Below the pieces are notes generated by a model, which saw only the letters and a list, made by a program, of their open reading frames with translations, was not told the DNA's origin and did no database searches. Positions 11,886 to 27,700 of a DNA stretch of 64,000 bases are shown here, one piece after another. This DNA comes from the human T2T-CHM13v2.0 reference genome, Homo sapiens. Position numbers and translations under genes: made by a program. Position 1 is the stretch's first letter. Every line of letters starts with the position of its first letter. Location of the stretch: the NCBI RefSeq assembly GCF_009914755.1, contig NC_060938.1, one strand, 5' to 3'.

Positions 11886-12791
11886 GGGGAGGAGCCAAGA
11901 TGGCTGAACAGGAACAGCTCTGGTCTACAGCTCCCAGCGGGAGCAACGCAGAAGATGGGTGATTTCTGCATTTCCATCTGAGGTACCGGGTTCATCTCAC
12001 TAGGGAGTGCAAGACAGTGGGCGCAGGTCACTGGGTGCATGCACCGTGCGCGAGCCAAAGCAGGGTGAGGAATTGCCTCACTCGGGAAGCGCAAGGGGTC
12101 AGGGAGTTCCCTTTCCTAGTCAAAGAAAGTGGTGACAGACGGCACCTGGAAAATTGGGTCACTCCCACCTGAATACTGTGCTTTTCCGACGGGCTTAAAA
12201 AATGGCGCACCAGGAGATTATATCCCGCACCTGGCTCGGAGGGTCCTACGCCCACGGAGTCTCCCTGATTGCTAGCACAGCAGTCTGAGATCAAACTGCA
12301 AGGCAGCAGCCAGGCTGGGGGAGGGGCGCCTGCCATTGCCCAGGCTTGCTTAGGTAAACAAAGCAGCCAGGAAGCTCCAACTGGGTGGAGCCCACCACAG
12401 CTCAAGGAGGCCTGCCTGCCTCTGTAGGCTCCACCTCTGGGGGCAGGGCACACACAAACAAAAAGACAGCAGTAACCTCTGCATACTTAAGTATCCCTGT
12501 CTGACAGCTTTGAAGAGAGCAGTGGTTCTCCCAGCACACAGCTGGAGATCTGAGAACGGGCAGACTGCCTCCTCAAGTGGGTCCCTGACCCCTGACCCCC
12601 GAGCAGCCTAACTGGGAGGCACCCCCCAGCAGGGGCAGACTGACACCTCACATGGCAGGGTACTCCAACGGACCTGCCGCTGAGGGTCCTGTCTGTTAGA
12701 TGGAAAACTAACAAACAGAAAGGACATCCACACCAAAAACCCATCTGTACATCACCATCATCAAAGACCAAAAGTAGATAAAACCACAAAG
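11886..12791 (+). promoter_or_regulatory. L1 5'UTR: internal sense promoter (YY1 site caagatggc at 11896-11904) and antisense promoter
   Basis: Canonical L1PA 5'UTR sequence; lacks the 129-bp segment of older L1PA3/PA4 (ggcagggtactcc runs directly into aacggacctg). Confidence 0.85.
12028..12336 (-). CDS. ORF0: L1 ORF0 (antisense), open, 102 aa with extended C-terminus
   Basis: MAGAPPPAWLLPCSLISDCCASNQGDSVGVGPSEPG... matches primate L1 ORF0; ATG at 12336; splice donors after 12231 (nt 106) and 12146 (nt 191) retained. Confidence 0.75.
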   Translation of the reverse strand: MAGAPPPAWLLPCSLISDCCASNQGDSVGVGPSEPGAGYNLLVRHFLSPSEKHSIQVGVTQFSRCRLSPLSLTRKGNSLTPCASRVRQFLTLLWLAHGACTQ

Positions 12792-13808
12792 ATGGGGAAA
12801 ATACAGAGCAGAAAAACTGGAAACTCTTAAAAGCAGAGCGCCTCTCCTCCTCCAAAGGAATGCAGTTCCTCACCAGCAACGGAACAAAGCTGGACAGAGA
12901 ATGACTTTGACGAGCTGAGAGAAGAAAGCTTCAGACAATCAAATTACTCTGAGCTACGGGAGGACATTCAAACCAAAGGCAAAGAAGTTGAAAACTTTGA
13001 AAAAAATTTAGAAGAATGTATAACTAGAATAACCAATACAGAGAAGTGCTTAAAGGAGCTGATGGAGCTGAAAACCAAGGCTCGAGAACTACGTGAAGAA
13101 CGCAGAAGCCTCAGGAGCCGATGCGATCAACTGGAAGAAAGGGTATCAGCAATGGAAGATGAAATGAATGAAATGAAGTGAGAAGGGAAGTTTAGAGAAA
13201 AAAGAATAAAAGGAAACGAGCAAAGCCTCCAAGAAATATGGGACTATGTGAAAAGACCAAATCTACGTCTGATTGGTGTACCTGAAAGTGACCAGGAGAA
13301 TGGAACCAAGTTGGAAAACACTCTGCAGGATATTATCCAGGAGAACTTCCCCAATCTAGCAAGGCAGGCCAACGTTCAGATTCAGGAAATACAGAGAACG
13401 CCACAAAGATACTCCTCGAGAAGAGCAACTCCAAGACACATAATTGTCAGATTCACCAAAGTTGAAATGAAGGAAAAAATGTTAAGGGCAGCCAGAGAGA
13501 AAGGTCGGGTTACCCTCAAAGGGAAGCCCATCAGACTAACAGCAGATCTCTCAGCAGAAACTCTACAAGCCAGAAGAGAGTGGGGGCCAATATTCAACAT
13601 TCTTAAAGAAAAGAACTTTCAACCCAGAATCTCATATCCAGCCAAACTAAGCTTCATAAGTGAATTAGAAATAAAATACTTTACAGACAAGCAAATGCTG
13701 AGAGATTTTGTCACCACCAGGCCTGCCCTATAAGAGCTCCTGAAGGAAGCGCTTAACATGGAAAGGAACAACCAATACCAGCCGCTGCAAAATCATGCCA
13801 AAAGGTAA
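12792..13808 (+). pseudogene. ORF1: L1 ORF1p (RNA-binding chaperone), disrupted
   Basis: 1017 nt, canonical length; in-frame stops at 12828 (TAA), 13179 (TGA) and 13731 (TAA); RPNLRLIGVPE, ARREW and YPAKLSF motifs present. Confidence 0.95.
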
Positions 13809-13856
13809 AGACCATCGAGACTAGGAAGAAACTGCATCAACTAACGAGCAAAATAA

Positions 13857-17699
<3,843 letters not shown>

Positions 17700-18019
17700 A
17701 CAATGAGAACACATGGACACAGGAAGGGGAACATCACACTCTGGGGACTGTTTTGGGGTGGGGGGAGGGGGGAGGGATAGCATTGGGATATATACCTAAT
17801 GCTAGACGATGAGTTAGTGGGCGCAGCACACCAGCATGGCACATGTATACATACGTAACTAACCTGCACAATGTGCACATGTACCCTAAAACTTAAAGTA
17901 TAATAATGATAAATAAAATAAAAATAAATAAAAATAAAAAATAAAAATAAAAATACAAAAAAAAAAAAAGAAATCAGGCAGACTGGATCTGGAATCTGTT
18001 CTCTTAACCTCTCTCTCTG

Positions 18020-18095
18020 CTCACCGGTAGGTTATAGACCTAACATAAAGTAGTTGCTCAATAAATATTTGTTGAAAGTATAAATGAATAAACTA
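18020..18095 (+). mobile_element. L2 3' terminus
   Basis: acctaacataaagtagttgctcaataaatatttgttgaa...aatgaat is the L2 tail. Confidence 0.65.
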
Positions 18096-19053
18096 ATTAA
18101 TAAATACTTTATATGTGTCCCACTCTTAACTGGGGAAAATTGGGTGGGTAGATACAAAAGAACCCTAGTAGACTGTTCGCTGGCAGGAATGTGTTCTAGA
18201 GGATTGGGGAAAGAGAAACCCCCGAATAACTGTACGTGATTTATGATGAAAATCTTTCAAGTAGTGGAAAGTTATAAAATGCTAACCAAAAGATTAGTTA
18301 TTTGGTTTATATGTTGATCACTGTGATCTTTCCCAATATTGACTGGGGTTTGTTGAGTGTCTGTAATCCCACAGGTGGATGTTCATGATCTGAAGTGACA
18401 ATGGTATATTTGCTCAGCATTTCCTGTACCTGAAACAACCCTTGAAAACTGAAATAGAAAGAGCAAGTCAATGGTAATATCATCCAGCACTCTGCCAGGC
18501 TTATGGCGACCTTGCTTACCCGAAAGCAAATTACTTCCCTCTCATTTCTATATAATAAGTACTTTACGGCTTTGTGTTTTCATGCATTGAGATTTCCCTA
18601 GGAGTCTGAGAAGATGTCCAGGAATAAAAGAGGGAAGAACAATGATTAAACTATTTCTAGGACTTTAGACATTGGATTATATTCAGAAACCCATAATCAG
18701 ACCGTTAATGAATGTCTTCGCATTCATTATCAGACTCTGAAAAAGCATATCCAGTCTCTCCATGGACTGGCCTTCACATATGCTTTGCTATCTGGTAGAA
18801 ATATCTGCCCAAAAGATTATTTTTTATGGAAATAATAGTGCACATGCAGATTCTAGATATTATTTTCTATTTATCAACTGCATTCAGGCAGTGCTAAGTA
18901 GATGACTGATGCTGAAATTTTACTAGATAATCTTTGCTCTCTATTTTGTTATATGACACATGGGGCAAATACGTGAGATGAGCAATTAGTGAAATTCTGG
19001 AAGGGACAGATTTATGTCATACTATTGAAAGGGACAGGAAGTGGATTAAGTAT

Positions 19054-19097
19054 GATATATATATAGTATGTGTGTGTGTGTAGGTGTGTGTGTGTAC
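19054..19097. repeat. (TA)n/(TG)n microsatellite
   Basis: atatatatata...tgtgtgtgtgtgtaggtgtgtgtgtgta. Confidence 0.9.
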
Positions 19098-20214
19098 GTA
19101 TAACAAGTTAGTTTCCTTTTCCTACCACTGAAATTGTTAAATGGAATGGTGACGTAGACACTTTACTTCTCTACTCCTGGACTTACTAGTAAAGAAGAAA
19201 TATATAAAAGAGCAAGATAGTATTGATCTGGGGTGGTACTATGGTATGTATTAATACCATACCGTAATTCTATGATCTATTAATGTCACAACCAGCTACA
19301 TTTAGCTGGCTTTTATATACGAATGTGCATAGTACTGTTTTGTATTAAATATCACCAGAAGATATTTGTCACATAAAAACAGTGAGATTAATGTTTATAT
19401 ATTTTGGCACTCATGCTAGAGTTGAATGAGGTTCTGTCTGTGGGGATAATTCTAGGTATCCTGGAAAACCTCCACATATACACCAAACCCAGAATCAATT
19501 CAGATAGGCATTACTGTTCGCAGTCATCTAATTTCAAGTTAGGGTAGTAGGATATGGATTGGGGGGCGTGATTCTTAGTGCCAGAGAAAGATTAAATTAT
19601 TCATAGGGAAAGATATTCAGCCTAAGATGGATAAGACTGAAATCAGGTGCCTGGACTCTAGAGGATTGGGCTCTAACCGAAAAAAAAAAAAAAAAAAAAG
19701 GAGAATCCAGTAGGAATTCATTGAGTAAGCCAAGGTTACAATCTGCTGGACTTCAGAGGTAGAGTTCTAGATGCCCATTTTACCACCCTAGGTCAGAAGT
19801 GGGGAGCAGAGAGACAGAAGGCTATAAGTGAGGAGACAGTACTGAGACACTAAGTAGACATTCTAGCCAACTCTGTAGAGGATTCTCATGTTATGAGCTG
19901 AAGTAGAAAGGCTACGTTTGAAGATTCTGTCTGATTTTGGGCATCTTGGTTCTAGATCTATCATAGGTGCAGATTAAATTGTTTCCAGGCTGTACTTGAT
20001 AGTTGGTAAGGATCAAACAATACCCTCACATAACTTGTCCTAGAACTGGTTGTGCTATGGCATCATTGTAGTCCCACATCCTAGCATGGAGCCTAAAAAA
20101 AAGTAGGTTCTTCATAAATAGCCAAGGAATGAATTAATGAGTGATGGGATGAGTGTGAGTGGAGAAATAAGCAAAATTCCTAGAAATATGGGGTGGGAGT
20201 ATGGCAGACAAACG

Positions 20215-20480
20215 TTGGCATCATCCTTCAAGGACCAGATCAAAATGCCACATTTCCACTACAGCTTTCTCTGAGTTAATTACTTCTCTCCACTGTTACT
20301 ATGGTGATGTATTTATTCTGCTTTAATAGCATTTATCAATCATTTTGTGGTTATATTTTATGATTTCTCTCTTCCTCCTAGACTATGAAATCCTTGACTG
20401 TAGAATTGTTGGTTTGTACCTACATTACTGCAGATAGTATCTGGCAAGGGCTGGGCTCTCAATAAATATTGACCAAATTG
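20215..20480 (+). mobile_element. L2 3' fragment
   Basis: tcatccttcaaggaccagatcaaaatgccac...ctagactatgaaatccttga...ctcaataaatattg. Confidence 0.6.
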
Positions 20481-21169
20481 AGGCTGTAAAGATTCCAATG
20501 GACCAATATGGCTTGTGACCCATGCTTCATTTACCTAAATGAGGCCACAAGGCTCTGTGATCACGTGGCAGTCAAATAACAAAACTCTCCAAAATCAGGA
20601 TTTCTTCTTCCATTCCTTCAGGTTCCCTCCCCCATGGGCATGGTTATCTCATCCTTTACCTCCTGGAAATTATATATTGGAGGTTGTCAGTGTGTGCTGT
20701 TCTGTATTGCCCTATAGTTAATGCACTTCTCTGACGTAGAGGACTGAGCTCTCTATAGAACTATGCAGTGTCAAGGACCCTCTGCCTTGACATAGATGCT
20801 TGGACCACACTGTTAGGTAACTGAGAAGACAAAGAATGTGGCTAGAGGCTAAAAGGGACAGAGCAGGAAAAGCATGAAGGGCATGAAGGAAGGAGCTTGA
20901 ATTTTTTTCCCAATGTACTGGGGAGCCCAGGAGTGGCATCACTTTGTACTCCAGCAGTGACATTTTAATTTACAAGCCAAGAATGCACTGATCGCCAACT
21001 GCAAAAATTGATTTGGTTGTTCATCTGATTCAACCCATGTCAGAGTTTGAAAGTAATTATGATAGTGGGGCTGATAGGCAGGCAATTACATTTTTGTTCT
21101 CTTGCTTTCTGGCTCCTTCTCCCTCTCTTTCCCTTCCCACACCTCCACCTGCAAGGTTGTTCTTGTCAG

Positions 21170-21178
21170 GAAGGCAAT
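21170..21178 (+). other. Candidate 9-nt microexon (GAAGGCAAT; EGN in phase 0)
   Basis: ~60-nt pyrimidine tract at 21090-21150, TGC at 21150, ttcttgtcag| acceptor, |gtaagc donor. Confidence 0.3.
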
Positions 21179-22261
21179 GTAAGCAGGAGACGAGAGAGTA
21201 ATCTTTGGAGATGTGGTATATGGACTCTTGTGGCAGAGGCTATAATAAATAATAGTATGGCTGGTTCTTTATCCTAATTTTTGTTAGCCTCTTATGAACT
21301 CTAACCAGATAAAAGATGCAAACTATTTTGTCTCCTTCTTTAAAGTACAAAATAGAAAAAGCACATGTACTGTAAGGCAGTTTCTGTTTCTGATTTAAAT
21401 TTGAGTTGTCTTTGCAACATCTATAGATTCGGTGTCTTTCTAAAAAGGTTTGCTCCAAATCATAATACAAAAGGAACCTGGGATAGGGAGAGATTTAGGC
21501 AAAGCTAAAATCCATCTGAGTTGGGGAGCAGATTCCATGGGAGACTGAAAATGTGTTTCAAACTGTAGTGCAAGAAATTGAACAAAGTATTGGAATTTTT
21601 CTAAAAAAAAAAAAAAGGTTCCTTTGCTGAAAGTAGTACCTGGCATGTAAACCTAAAGTAATATAGAAGATGAAGTGGAAAAGTATATCACAAGGCAAAA
21701 ATTACTTTTTAGACTGATGAAGAGATGGATGGATGGATGTGAATTTTTTTTATCTATTTCTTATTTTGAAGGTTATTTATTTATTTACAAACACTGGAAA
21801 ATTCAGTGTTTTTCACTGAGCAAAATAGCTTGTCTGGTCCAAAGCCAGTAAAATAAGAATTTTGTGGGTGGGGTATCTACTCCATTAGTATAGCAAACGT
21901 TGAGATATATAAATTATTTTAATATATTTATTTTATTGACAATATAAAAAAAAATTTAACAGGCTCCACACCAAGGTCAATAGAATTCAGAAGCACATCT
22001 GTCCTCCCAGGAAACTTGTGGTTTAACTATTTACTATAGCTACCTCAAGATTTTACAGAAAAAAAAAAAAATGAGACCTTCTCTTGAAAACTACCATATC
22101 CCAGATCTAGGCTTTTCTATGCACTGTAACTTCTCTATAAACCTCCTTTCTACTGACTGCCCCACTTCAATTTGGCACATACACCCTTTAACCAGTAAGC
22201 ATGTGCATGTAGTCAGTGTGTCAGACAGGTTTGGCTGAATTGATATAAGACTGGTAGCATA

Positions 22262-22577
22262 GGCTGGGCGTGGTGGCTCACGCCTGTAATCCCAACACTT
22301 TGGGAGGCCGAGGCAGGTGGATCACGAGGTCAGGAGTTTGAGACCAGCCCGGCCAGCATGGTGAAACCCTGTCTCTACTAAAAATACAAAAAATTCACTG
22401 GGCATGGTGGTGCACGCCTGTAATCCCAACTACTCAGGAGGCTGAGGCAGGAGAATCACTTGAACCCAGGAGGCGGAGGTTGCAGTGAGCTGAGATCATG
22501 CCCCTGCACTCCAGCCTGGGCAATAGAGTGAGACTCTGTCTCAAAACAAAAAAACAAAACAAAACAAAACAAAAAAA
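22262..22577 (+). mobile_element. AluSg-like
   Basis: Full dimer, atcacgaggtcaggagtttgagacc, (AAAAC)n tail. Confidence 0.95.
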
Positions 22578-22999
22578 GATGAGCAGCATGGAACATGATG
22601 TTGGCATGAGGCCCTACTACCCAGCAGCAGACTATCAGGGAATAAACTAGATAAACCTGGAAAATGTTTTAACTTCAGTTTATTTTATTCACATTAAGTA
22701 ATGGAGTAGCATGTTGTTTGTTTGTTTGTTTGTTTTACCTCTAAACCTCCTGTATAGCCCCCTTTTAAAATAAGGGCAGGGGAAGAGGCTTAAAATATGG
22801 TAGTATTGACTCCCAGGCCTGTTCAGTCAATATGAATTTTCAGGCTGTATAGTTTAAAAAAAACATTGTTCAATTTCTTATACGTTTTTACTAGTGATAT
22901 TACTTTAGAAATGGGCCTCGAAAGACTCAGGTTACTTTTAGATTTGTTCAGGGTTTAAAGCTTCTTTTAGGCACTTCTTGGGCTTCTTCTACCTTTCAC

Positions 23000-23235
23000 T
23001 GTAATATAGTGGTGAAGAGAAAGACTTTGGAATCTGATAGATTTGGGTCAGAATTGTAGTTTTGCCACTCATTACCTTTGGGTAACCAAGCTCTGTGAAC
23101 CTCAGTCTCTTCTGCAAAACAGAAATGGTGACATATTTCCTAAGTCTCTTGGCAGGATTAAATGGAATACAGTGCACAAAATACTCAGCACAGTGCTTGG
23201 CACATAGTAAATGCCGAATTAATGGCAATGAATTG
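23000..23235 (+). mobile_element. MIR SINE, near full length
   Basis: atagtggtgaagagaaagactttggaatctga...ctcagtctcttctgcaaaacag...cagcacagtgcttggcacatagtaaatgc. Confidence 0.8.
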
Positions 23236-23237
23236 TT

Positions 23238-23552
<315 letters not shown>

Positions 23553-23992
23553 TGATTTATTACTGAGATTGCTTTAAATAAATTCATCCTTATTTCTGTT
23601 GTAGTCTTTACCTTGTCTCCAGATCTTTGGAAGTCTCAGGTTCATTTGTCTGGACTTTGGGGGTTTTGTTTAAAACTGCCTAGTCTCTGCAGCCACATCC
23701 TCCACCACTGTAGCACATGATCAAAAAACTTTTCTCTGAGGATACTGAGTATTTCTTAGACCTATGTCACTAGCTCCCTGGGAACTCTCTCTACCCCCAT
23801 CCCATCAACTCTCTGACCACAAGTTTTCAAGGAATCTTCCTCATTATACTCATCTATCATTCTTGCAGTTTTCTGTCTCATCTTGAGCTGTTGGTCAAGA
23901 GTAGACCAGAGTATCCATTTCTCAACTCATTTCTTAATAAGGCAACACCATGTTCAATGGGCATTCATTGGGCCAGTTGAGGCTCCTCTGTA

Positions 23993-24155
23993 ATTTTATT
24001 TTATTTTTTGAGACAGAGTCTTGCTCTGTTGTCCAGGCTGGAGTGCAGTGGTGCAATCTCAGCTTACAGCAACTTCCGCCTCCTAGGCTCAAGCAATTCT
24101 CCTGCCTCAGCCTCCCAAAGTTCTGGGATTACATGTGTGAGCCACCATGCCCACC
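23993..24155 (-). mobile_element. Alu monomer (left-arm 5' end fused to right-arm 3' end, or FRAM-like)
   Basis: Reverse complement reads ggctcacacatgtaatcccagaactttgggaggctgaggcaggagaattgcttga...gactctgtctc + A tail. Confidence 0.85.
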
Positions 24156-24445
24156 CTTCTCTATAATTTAAATGTTATCTCTCTTTATAACATTTTCATA
24201 AGAGGATCCACAATTCTATTTTCCCATTCACTTATAAAGAACAAAAATATATCCCTAAGGTTCCACAAGTACCTCTGGCCTTTGGGGAAAAAAAAAAAAT
24301 TCACAGATGCTTTTTTGAGGAGGTAATTATTTGTTTGTTGTGTCCTTGCTATTCATTTTGAGATAGATACTCAAGCTCTACACCTCTTAGCTTATATACC
24401 AGTTTCAAATTTATGTCTTTATTATTTATTATAAAATCTTTTACC

Positions 24446-24755
<310 letters not shown>

Positions 24756-27700
24756 TCTTTACCTTGAATATTGAGATGGGTTCAATACAATCTCAATTTA
24801 GAATACTTAAAAGATGAAAAGTTCCATAAAATAAATTTTCTAATCAACAGAAAACATTTTGTTAAGATGTTGCTGATGCAAATAATTCTAGCATGTATCA
24901 CTGTTAGTTTTCTATCTTTGAAAACTATCATTCAACTACCATCGTAGTTACTAGACTTCCATTCAGGATCTTGCATGCCTAAGAGTCATTTCACTGCCAA
25001 AAATGAGGAAATATAGAAAACTGAGCTGTGTTTTTATCATCTACCATTTCAAAAAACCCTGTGGAAAAAATATTTCTTTTAGCAAATCTCAGACATTATC
25101 TTGACTTATATGTAAGATGTACCTCTCTCTTTAAATCCAAGTGCGTTGAAACTTCTGGCTCATAAGGTAATTTTTTTTTTTAATAATTAACTAAACCCTT
25201 AAAACTACATAGAAGTCTACTTTGTTTTATAAATTAACCCCATTATTTTAGGAATTAATATAGCTTTGTCTTGTGAGATGCTGAAGTTATTTTTCCTGGT
25301 TCTTAATATTCAGTCTTTCCGCTTATCTATTTAATTCCTGATCACTAGCCAAACTATATACTACAGTTTGGTTCATCCAATTTAAATAGCTGGCCTGTAA
25401 CTAAGAAAAGAAAAATATATTTTGTGAAGAATAGGTATGAGGTAGAGAAATTAGTGGTAGTATGATACGGGAAAAGAGTAATGTCAAAATGCATGGTAAT
25501 TTATGTGATATGCCGAGGACTGCAAGAAGTCAAGAAAGAAACATAACAAGCTAACAGCTGTCACCAACAAATAGCAATTAATTTCAGCATTCATTCCCTT
25601 GCTCATGCTTCATGAAAGTATATAGGTAAACAGGATTCGTATCATGTTCTATTTTCTTCTCTGGGCCTCAGGCTTCCAGCCCTCTGAGCTACTGTCTTAT
25701 AACATTCTGAGGATGTAAGAAAGAACTTGATCCTGTTTTCTTTTTCAGTCTGGAGCAGAGACACGGTGAAGTTCAGTAAGGTCTGACACCCATTAGCATT
25801 TTGTGTGACTCAGGATACGAATCAAACCTACTGTTGTGGAAGCAGCTTTCCATATAAATCTAATTCCCACCAACTCCTGCCACCACCAAAGCTAATAGTC
25901 AAGTGCTTGTATTGCTGATAGCAAAGGTCCAAGATTATTCTTATTGTTTTACTGGGGCTACTTATCAAAATCTATTTACTTGTCTATTCTATGGATGGGG
26001 AGGTGGTAAAGAAAAGGCTTAAGTGTCCTACAGAGATTCATTCTATGCTGCCTCAAATGCTTTGAAGCAGTACAATTTCTCTTTTAACTGCCTCGATGTA
26101 GGTGAAGAGTCTTGCAGGATATGTTCACTGCTGAAGAGCAAGCCTGCCTCATTCATAACCACTAGTAGCTGACAACCTTTGGATTCTTTCCACAGCTTGA
26201 AAATTCCTCCATTCCTTGAAAGCACCCTGCACTAATGCTCGAAGTATTAAGTGTGTTTTTATTTCCTAGAAGGATGCATTTTACACAAGTCACTTAAAAG
26301 CTTCTGGAAGCTTTAATTACAGGTTGACTAATATTTAGAAGAATTGAAATACCCCTCTCTCTCCTCTGTGGTATGCATGAGCCAGATTCTGGTTCATTAA
26401 CCAGAAGTCTATTACTTTTCCCCTATAGTTTCATGGAGTAAAATGGTAGATGCAAACCAAGAGAGGTCAAGGGACCTGAGCTTGGTTCTGTCTTTGTCAC
26501 AACTAAGAGTCTGACCTTGGATGAGTCATGGTAAGACTCTGTGTCATATATAAAGAGTATTCTGAGAGTAAAACACGCATACAAATGACAAGTATGGTTA
26601 TTATGGTCTCTTGAATATTCTTAGATCAATTTCACCCATTGGATGGGGCTAGTATATGGTTGATGGATGGTATTTGTTTCATTTATCTGGCATGCATTTA
26701 AATCTTCAGGTGCATTAAACGAACAACACAAATTTGGTATATGATTTTCATGCTCTCTTGCATGATAGATATAAAATCTTAATCAGTGATTGTCTGGAAA
26801 CCACAGTCTCCAAAATGCTGCCTAGGAGTGCTAAAGAGCTGTCAGATCTAACTTATATGAGTTGACAACATAGAGAAGAGAAAGAAGTTGAATTCAGTTA
26901 AACCTGGAAGGAGAAACCCATAGGGTGGAATTATCTGAATTTGAATTTTTCTGAGTTTTATTCCCCCCTACATTATGACACACTAATAAGTGGTCTACCT
27001 TGACCCAGAGATACGAATTTTGGCCTCATTTGTAGAATAGCACCTGGATTCAGGAATAACTCCTTGAAGTGTCCCCCTTAAATCTCTATGTGGCATTCAA
27101 TGTTCACTTACTCATAGACCAAGGAGATAAGGACATTTATCTTCTCAGGTAAGGTCCCTCTGTTGAACACTGAAACAAAGGGGTTACATTACCACTGCCT
27201 ATCTTTCAGAAAAATGACTGCTGTGATAGCATAAATGTCCCGAGAGCTTTGCTTTGATAGAAGTGTGTTTTTAATGATATGATTTTGGTGTCTGGCCCTC
27301 TGTGGATAGCTTGGCATGTGTCTTGTTCTATTTAAACAGCACTGACTGATAAAGTGGACGTTAATTGGCAGTTAGTGACGAGGCTGCAGGTCTTTGTTAC
27401 CCAGCCTTTCAGCTAACTGATCATTAACTAGGAGGAAATGTGTGACCCAGAAGGTCATTACTGTTATTACGTGGGAAAATACATTTAAATGTTACAGATT
27501 GCTTTTTTATGAATCAGGTGAGCATTTTTAGAAAAGAGAGAGCTTGATTTACAATGGAGTCTGTTTTCAGTCCTGCTCTTTTCCTGTCCCTTTGAAGACT
27601 AAACGGTATATTTCTAGATTCCCATTGCTGTATTGCCTAGAACCTCACAATGTTGATATTGACTAAAAAACAGAAATTTCTTCAACTCCATTAAGAGCTT

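Noticed and set aside
19240-19261. Short 8-bp hairpins here and near 46940 and 53745
   Set aside because: Expected by chance in AT-rich DNA; too short for pre-miRNA
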